NCBI GenBank assembly: GCA_029953675.1
Contig: JAMWBK010000006.1
Location: 744,001-808,000, forward strand
Source of the DNA: Rhodosorus marinus CCMP1338
Lineage: Eukaryota > Plantae > Rhodophyta
Length of the DNA: 64,000 nt
Direction: 5' to 3'
Part shown: piece by piece, positions 55,016 to 64,000 of the stretch
How positions within the stretch are numbered: the stretch's first letter is position 1
How the letters are laid out: the number at the start of each line of letters is the position of its first letter
Notes under the pieces: generated by a model
Told to the model about the DNA's origin: nothing
The model's input: only the letters and a program-made list of their open reading frames with translations
Database searches by the model: none
Translations under genes and position numbers: made by a program

Positions 55016-56281
55016 CTGGAGCTCAGGACCGGAAACAAGGTAAGCTTTCAGCTCTGTCAACTACTGCATCAGAAAAAAAAAACCACCTCGCCCGGACGTT
55101 GGCGGTGACCTTCGAGGTGGAGACGTGGATTGTCATAGTGTCCACAGGGACCTATCCATGAACTCGTCTAAAACAACTTTTCTGAAGTCCGCAGACCACT
55201 TGACTCTAGCCTGCCTGCGAAGCACTGCTGTAGGGTAGATGCTCATGCTTCTCCTTGTGCCATGCTCGTCTGGTGGATACTACGTGACCATCAGATGCTC
55301 TAAAACGGAACTGAGCGCCACACTGTCCAGTTTGTACTGGTCTCGTGCTTGCTTGGCTCTATGAAACAGTTGCCTATAAACCGCTGCTCTTCTCCTTAGT
55401 CGACTGCTGTGTGAAGATTATTGGCGTTACTTTCAAATCTGTCGAAGAACGCTCCGTTGACATCTAGGGTTTTCTTTGCTTCAGATGCTTTTCTGAGTTG
55501 CCAGGGTTAACAGAAAGCTGATACAAGCGATCGAGGGTTGCGTGGGTCGTTTCGAGGCTAGGCGAAGAGGAAAAGCTTGCGCGCATGTCCTGGAAGCTGT
55601 TTCAAAAGGGAAGCGAAAAGTTGACGTTGTACTGTCGTCGGAAACAATTTAAGAAGCGCCCAGACGATGTTCCAGGGAGAACCGAGGAAACGCTTTCAGT
55701 CGAAGGGAGAGATCACTCTGTACACACCCAAAGAAAGAACAGGGACATGACCTATGTTAAGGCAGAGACGAAGACCGGTCCACTTCTCGACCTACGCTCG
55801 TGTGAAGCATGGGATGCGAATTTTTGCTTTCTTCTCATCTTATTCCGTCTCGGTGGTTTTATTGCTAAGATTTGTTCGAAGTCAGGAACTCGAGTGGGTT
55901 CCCCAATACCTCAAGCCACGAAGACACCCGCTCATCCGTACTAGCTCAAATGGACGAATGCAATTTCCAACTCAGCTCTTGTCGTAGGGGACTCAGTTTC
56001 TCACGGGTTCAGCAAGTGCCTGTTCACGTGCTGAGAGCTCCCTGTCGTTTTTGTACATATCAATAGCCAAGTTTCAGGCACTGCAACTCGTGTTCAAAAC
56101 CACCGCAGTCACGGATCCCACTCATGGTACAGTCCCATGGAACAGAGGCCATGTCGCTCTCTCGCGATCCGGAAAGAGTCCATCGTGCTTCGGCGCATGC
56201 TTCGTCATCAAAACTGGGGTTACCCCTCTGCAAATACATTCTGATCTGTTGCAGAGACGCCGACTGTTATCGGAGTAACCA

Positions 56282-57258
56282 CTACGTCCTTCTGAAAGCC
56301 TTGAACAAGATCATCATTAACAGGGCGGTCACAAAGAGGGCGAGTGTGGCGTAGATGATGAGTCGGTGCACCGTCACTCGTCTCGACATAGTCGACAGAA
56401 TGCCTCTGCTTCTGGTCATGTCCTCGTCCATATCTCCGAGCTAGTCGTTGTGCGGAAGAACGTATTGAGTCAGTATCAGCTGTTGGTACAACTTCTAGAG
56501 CATCTCTCCCTCCAATAGGATGGGGAAGCTGCCTCGCGGAAAGGCTTACATTGTCTCGTGCCCGTAGCATCGTCTGCCTTTGGCCACTCAACGTCTCTAG
56601 AATCCCTGCGCCGACGCTTTCTGTTTCATTGGCAACCCTAATACTCTCCTGAATTCGGTCCGTTCCGCGCTTCAACTTCTGCTCACTGCTCTCTACCATT
56701 CTCGCTCTATCAGCCAATCCACCTAACCCAGCTCGCAACCGTTAGAGGTATAGCACGAGACTGTATCCTCTGCGTTTCTGTATTGCCTGCAATTGCCGAG
56801 TGACAGAAGTAGGTGACGTACCTGCTTCCAAATCCTCGTCGCCGAACAGGTCGATTCTGTCTGAACGAGTTAGCATCTGTCGGATTCGCTTGATCTCCTG
56901 TACGACAAAAAATGCGGAGCTCAGTACGCTCAGCACGAGTTAGCAGGAAGTACGAAAAAGTATCTTGCCTGAGAGGGTGGCAACGTACGCCCTTGACTCG
57001 ATCAACCTCTGCCTGCACCGCGGCTGTTCTCGCCTCCATTCTCTGCCGTTTATCAGTTCCAGACGTCTTGGATTCCAACGCCATCGACTTCAAAACTCCG
57101 CTGGCATCGGAAAGGTCATCACCAGCAGATTCCAACGAGGCCCTGCAGCTCGTCTCATCGCCAATCGCTGCCATCGCTGCGGCGGTCTTCCGGCTTGCGG
57201 ACGCCAGAAACGATCGAAGTTCGTCTTCATAGTGATCAAATAACGCCTCCTCTGCCAT
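56282..57258 (-). CDS. VTI1: VTI1-like Qb-SNARE
   Basis: LFDHYEDEL N-terminal Habc region; SNARE motif RIQESIRVANETESVGAGILETLSGQRQTMLRARDN; C-terminal TM LIIYATLALFVTALLMMIL. Confidence 0.9.
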
Positions 57259-59061
57259 TGGTTCCACGCCCCAGTACACTTTGCGTCAGGCAAGTATTGC
57301 TGGACTGCCTCTGCACCCTCTAAATCTCCGCCACATTAACACTATCCGTCCTATCAATGAATCTCGTCTTCAGGGTGTTTCGCGTTGGCTCGTATCTTCA
57401 GCTTGGGCTCCCAAGAAGCTGCCATAGTACATAGTCCTGATGCGCTTAAGCCGTGGCGTGGAAGGAAGTAAGACTGCGGTGCGCTTCTGAAATGCTGCCA
57501 GGCGCTGATCACATAGCACAGACCGGGCGCCACGTTGGTTGAAAGAGTAAACCGTGACCGTCTCTCGGATTAGGTCTTCCGCGAGCAGCACACCCGCCTG
57601 AACTGGACTCGGTAAGGTGACTGAGCTCAAGCGCGGAGAGTTCGACACTGCTATACTAGCTTTGGACTGCCGGTACAGAATTCGTAAAGATCGGGTTGGC
57701 TGTCCTCAATAAACCTGCTGTTGGTTAGGAGCCAGTGGGGTGGGCACTGGTGGGGTGGGCATTGGCCCCCAACCAATAGGAGGTTTGTTAGACATACGAA
57801 ATTGCTTGGCCTCTCAGAAATGCGCCAGAAACCAAGTCTGCTACGTTGCTGACTCGGAATTTTAAGGAAGTAAAGTCTCTAAAGCATGGACGCCAAGAGC
57901 AAAAAGAGAGAGGAAACCTCAATGCCATCCACTTTGCAAACACCAAAGACAAGGAGTTGCGTTCTCAAGGATAACACTAGTACAGAATAGTACGTGTATA
58001 CTAATATGAATTCAAATCAATCAATTATTTCGATCGATTCAATCCACTCGTTCTATACAGTAGAGAATTAAACTCAAAAGGAAACTACCTAAGACCTTCA
58101 CGCAAACCCCCACCCCCCCAATCCTAGACAGAAACACGCCATTTCAGTGCTATCCATAAAAGGGTTCCTCGAAGTACTTTCTGCGCATATTCTCCAAAAT
58201 TGTAACTATATTCGTGAAAATCGTTTCTCCTTGAGTAATATCCTTATTGAAAAAATTCACCTAAAAAGGCTTCAGCCATTTTGTAATTCCCCTAAACCCC
58301 CCCCCTCCCCCAACATTCGCTACGAAGGACAGAACTGCGTAGATCATCTAAATCTTATACCCAATATTACAGTGTCCAAAAATATATTTTTATCAATTTA
58401 TACGATAGAATGGAGATGATATCCTTATGTTTAGTGTATAAATGATGTAGTTTATATAAAAACAAGGGAAAATGGAGTATATTTCCTAGTTTTGGAGAAT
58501 ATAACCAGATGTAAGATAGTGCAAAGTGAAGTCTTTGCGCTGTCTCTGTTTGGAAAACGATTTGTCGAATTGTAGATAATAAAAAAATTTATTTATTTTT
58601 GGAGGAAGGAGAAAACAAGGCGGATGGATCGAGGAGGGGGGGGGTGAAAACGGTGTTTTGGGGGGTTGGCAGACATATGAAAAAAACAAATATGGAGCTT
58701 CTGGAAGGCTTTTTGAGAGAGAAGGGCAGCTGCTAGTTTGGAAGTCTATTTATTAGAGAGAGAGAGATGTAGCTGTTGAAAGGCCTTGCTGAGGGGAATA
58801 GACCTTTGGAAAACATTTTTGAAGGAGGAACCGTAGGGAACTGTTGGGAACGGTGGGAAGGGAGTAGCTCTCTTATTGCTTGTTGATTTTTGTTATTGTT
58901 TGACGGAAAGGTTGAAAGGTTTTTGGGTTTGCTGTGGTGGTGGGAAGAGGCTGTAAGGCTAAGCGGATAGAGTGGTTGGGGAGGAAGGGTCCGGACTAGA
59001 TTGGGGAGCGTTCTGACTGGATATAGAGGATACTGGTTTTGGGGGAGGGATGGTGATGTAG

Positions 59062-60223
<1,162 letters not shown>

Positions 60224-60858
60224 TCTCACGCAATCTCCGGGAGCTGATAGAGTTCGGCTGTTTGGTCGAACAGCTCGTATAGTGCCTCAGAGCTTCCTTT
60301 CAGCGCTACCCCTTGAACTACGTGACAACCCAGTCGGATGAGAAGGGTTCGTTCGGGCTTCGTTCCTCAGCCCGAGGATGAACACTTGCAGATTCTAGTG
60401 TACTACTATCCAAAGGGACTCGTTGGAAAAAGAAGAGAGGGGAACGTTTTTTTTTGCTGCTTTGGGAAAATAGACTTACCATTTGAATGTTATCCCAGGC
60501 TAACAAGGTCCTCATGGACGCAGGAGCCGTAGAGATGTAAAGAGCAAGGAGAGAGTTTTTTTTCGGTGTGCATCCGTCCCCGTTCATGACATCTGTTCGC
60601 TGTAACTTTGCACGTAGGCTTTATTTTCCAATTAGTGGTCGTCGCAGTATTCTCCCATACATTGTTCCCGCATATTAACAGAACTACAAACGGAATCCAT
60701 TCTCTTCGGGTCTCCGAATGGGTCGTTTTTATCACATGTATTCACATTGTTCTATTTCTTGAAGCGTCTTGCCAACACTCGGGATGAAATGCGCGAGTTG
60801 CGACGCTTTCCCCATCTGCTAAAAACTACGGCTCAAGACTATAAGCGCGAAATAATTC

Positions 60859-63078
60859 CTACCCCGGTCCTAACCTCTTCCAACCTTGAGGACGGTAAGC
60901 GATTCTTACCTTCAATGTAATCGCGTTTCCCATGTCCTTTGTACAGTTGCATGGGGCGAGCGATTTTCTTTTCCGGATCCTCGAGGAACTCGTTCCAATG
61001 TGCCAACCACCCAGCAGTTCTTCCAATCGCGAAGAGACAGGGGAAAAATTCTGATCGGACAAAAAAAAGAGAGTTTTAGGTCGCGTACAGTGTCAACTTG
61101 ACTGGCAGTGCAGGAGACGTGTACCCGTTGGGAACCCGATCGCTTTGTAAATCAGTCCAGAGTAGAAGTCAACGTTCGGGTATAGTTTTCTCTTGGCAAA
61201 ATATTCGTCAGTAAGCGCGGCTCTTTCCAACTCCGTTGCTAAATCAATGAGCGGGTCTACCTGTCCGACCTCTTCAAAGACCTTTCGATCGATCCAGAAA
61301 AGTGCATTGAGCACTCGGTGAGAATGATAGTTCTAGCACTCCGCACCGAGACAATACACGGACAACTTTTACATACCTCGTATGCGATCTTCTTAATGAT
61401 CTTCGCTCTGGGATCGTAGTTTCTGCGGAAATATTGTCCAGACAAGCTAAGCCAAGCTGCACTCATTAGAGCTGGACAAGATACAAATAAGCCTTACCGG
61501 TAGACTCTATGCCCGAATCCCATGAGTTTCTCCTCCCGATTCTTTACGGCGTCAAGAAAGGCCGGGATGTTGTCAACGCTCTTGATTCTTTCCAACATTT
61601 TCAATACTGCTTCTGTCGCACCGCCATGTAGTGGTCCGTACAACGCACCTGTTTGGGAAAGGGTGGGACCTACTGCTTAGCATTTACAGTCGACAGTCGA
61701 CCTCCATAGAAACATTTGAGCAGGCATGGATCGTACGCATGCCTACCTATTGATGCCGCGACCGACGTGTAAACGTCCACTCCAGAGCTAGTCAGTTGCC
61801 TCATCGTAGCAGTTGAGCAGTTCAGCTCGTGATCTAGGAGAAGAAGCCTCATGTGAATGGTTTGCCCAGATTGACCAAATCCCGCCCTGATGCCACCATA
61901 CCTGCATGCAGAACAAACAGAACGTCCATCGCTCGAGCAAGCTTCTTGTTCGGTTTATACTGCTTTCCTTCAACCCTGCAACATTCGGTGCGCTCAAAAT
62001 CGATCAGAAGACAAGCCCACAAGACAAGCCCACAAGACAAGGCTGTAGTCATGACGTGTGAGTGGCCATTACCAGTTCAGTGCGCAAAGGAAACTTTCTG
62101 TGAAGTTCATGTCACCAGTGTCAAATCCGACCATTGGCGCTAGACCATTTTGGGACCGATAAATATTTGCCACCAACAGTGGCATTGTCCCTAGGATGCG
62201 AAACACCTACGTAGAAAAGGGGTGACAAGTCAAACTCTTTACGTCTGGGATCCTTAAGTCGAGGAATATCGAGCTTCCTCTCAACCCCACCTGCTTCTCC
62301 CTGACTTTGTGTGATTCATACACATGATTTCCTCGCAGGGCGGGGTTTGCTTCTGGGTACAACGTGCCTGGATCAAAGTCATGGGGAACAGGTTAATTGA
62401 GACGATGACGAGTCCGAAACGCCAAAGCAGTAAGTAGCCTACCCATCGCCATCATGGTACTAGCAAGAACTCCCATGGGATGCGCGTCGCTGCGAAACCC
62501 ATTGGAAATAATCTTTACGAGATCATTGTGGGGCGTTCGGTGCGCAGCCACGTTGGTCTCGTAAAGCCTCAGATCTTGCTCTGTAGGAAGTTCCCCGTAG
62601 TAGAGCGTGTACGCAACCTTCAAGGAGCACAGTTCAGGCGGTTATGGTCAGTCCCAATCCATAGGTCGCGTGCATTGTTCAATAAGGTGCGTGTCCTACC
62701 TCAAGGAAGCTCGACTTTCCAGCAAGCTGCTCGATAGGATACCCCCGATACCTGAGAATTCTATCACCACGAGAGAAAAGGTTCATGTGAGGTTCTGAAA
62801 ACCAGTGAATCCCTCCAAGTGACTGCTGCTCACCCTCGTTCTCCGTCCAGATACGTGATTCGCGACGTACAACAAGCTGTGTTCGTATATCCCGGATCAT
62901 AACTCAGCACCCCCTGTTTCCTCAGCCAGCCCGCTTCAACGACTCCTTTCTCCTTCTTCTCCTCGAATGCTCCACTCCTCCGCTCGCCTGTATCTCCCCG
63001 ATCATACTGGGAATCTCGTACCTCGTATACTTGAACGCTCATGACGCTCGATTTCCTTTTCCTCCCTGCTGCAGTCAT
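60859..63078 (-). CDS. Citrate synthase (peroxisomal/bacterial type II-like), multi-exon; ends uncertain
   Basis: [95 protein letters not shown]. Confidence 0.95.
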
Positions 63079-64000
63079 CCAGCCTTCACCTTCCAATCAC
63101 ATTCACCCACCCACCCCACCCACCTCCTCCCACCCAAACCCCAGCGTTCAACTTCCTGCCCCTTTATACAAATCGACCAGCCCTAAAAAAAAAAAAAGGG
63201 GGAAAGAAAGAAAACTGGTGTCCAACATCTCAACCCAATTGATGACACAGTGGGGTCAAACACAAAAAACGCCACCTGCCAGCCTCGTCCATAAGAAAAA
63301 AAAAACACACCCAAAAAATTAAAATTATAAAAAAGAAAGAAGAGGGCACAAAAGATACGAACAAACGAAGAAATTTTTTTTTTTTTGGGGGGGGGGGCCC
63401 AAAAATAGTGACAAATGTTTGACGCACTTCCACAAGAAAAAAAAACCGAAAAAAAAACCGCTCCAGATATATCTAAAACAAAACAAAAAAACAAGCATCG
63501 ATCTGTTGAACAAATAGCCAATGTGTTTTAAGTTTCCACACACGAAAAAGACACGGGCCATAATTTTATTGGTGTAAAAATACCGATCCGCCGCAAAAAG
63601 ACACGCGGACGCTTTTTATTGCAAGCATAATCGACGGTTGCGAGGGTTGAAAGACGCGTGTCGGATGATAAATCGTTGATTGATATATATCTGAAGTCTA
63701 GAGATTTTGATGGAATGTAAAATAATGGACCTTCCTTTCTTAAAAGGAAAATATCTGGTTTCTTAGGAATAACAATAAATTTAAAAAAATTGCTGAGGGG
63801 GTATATGTGGTTTTGGGGCCTTGTTTAGACGTGTTTCCTTTTTGGTTCCCCTCCTGTCAGCCGGATTAAACGGCCCATAAGCTCATGTAGATTAGATGTT
63901 TGGAGGAGAGCACGGAATGACAGAATGTGAAAAAGAAACCATTTGGGACGGAGAGATTGGGGGCCAGGGCCTGGAGGGGGGGGGGAAGGGGTTGGAAGAG

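Noticed and set aside
55585-55944. 119-aa ORF and neighbouring short ORFs
   Set aside because: No motif or supporting splice structure.
62008-62042. 13-bp tandem repeat (AAGACAAGCCCAC) in citrate synthase; also a 17-bp duplication at 13772-13805
   Set aside because: Ordinary short slippage repeats in an intron or decayed repeat.

Overview
Eukaryotic nuclear DNA from a compact genome with many short (about 60-100 nt) GT-AG introns. The gene set and intron style suggest a unicellular alga or protist, possibly a red alga, but this is inference only. The window has three zones. (1) 1-4 kb: an STK11/LKB1-like kinase (partial) and a type II peroxiredoxin. (2) About 4.6-35.8 kb: a transposon island. 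It is centred on a near-intact 4.76-kb two-ORF non-LTR retrotransposon (CRE-like RT plus restriction-like endonuclease, 18961-23720) flanked by a 9-bp direct repeat, with about ten truncated copies and a second subfamily. The island also holds three copies of a cassette (Ty1/copia 3' end plus LTR, an FAR-17a/AIG1-like gene, and a ~1-kb flank), hAT remnants and a decayed Ty3/gypsy element. (3) 36-64 kb: gene-dense sequence with an 82-aa stand-alone PDCD4-N-terminus-like microprotein, a Deg/HtrA protease, an RHD3-like GTPase, ALKBH8, an intronless bacterial-type DUF1801 gene, a GPR137-like protein, TFIIF-alpha, VTI1, Rab11 and citrate synthase. No rRNA, tRNA or CRISPR array was recognised. Family calls come from recalled motifs, not database searches, and exon limits and percent identities were estimated by eye.
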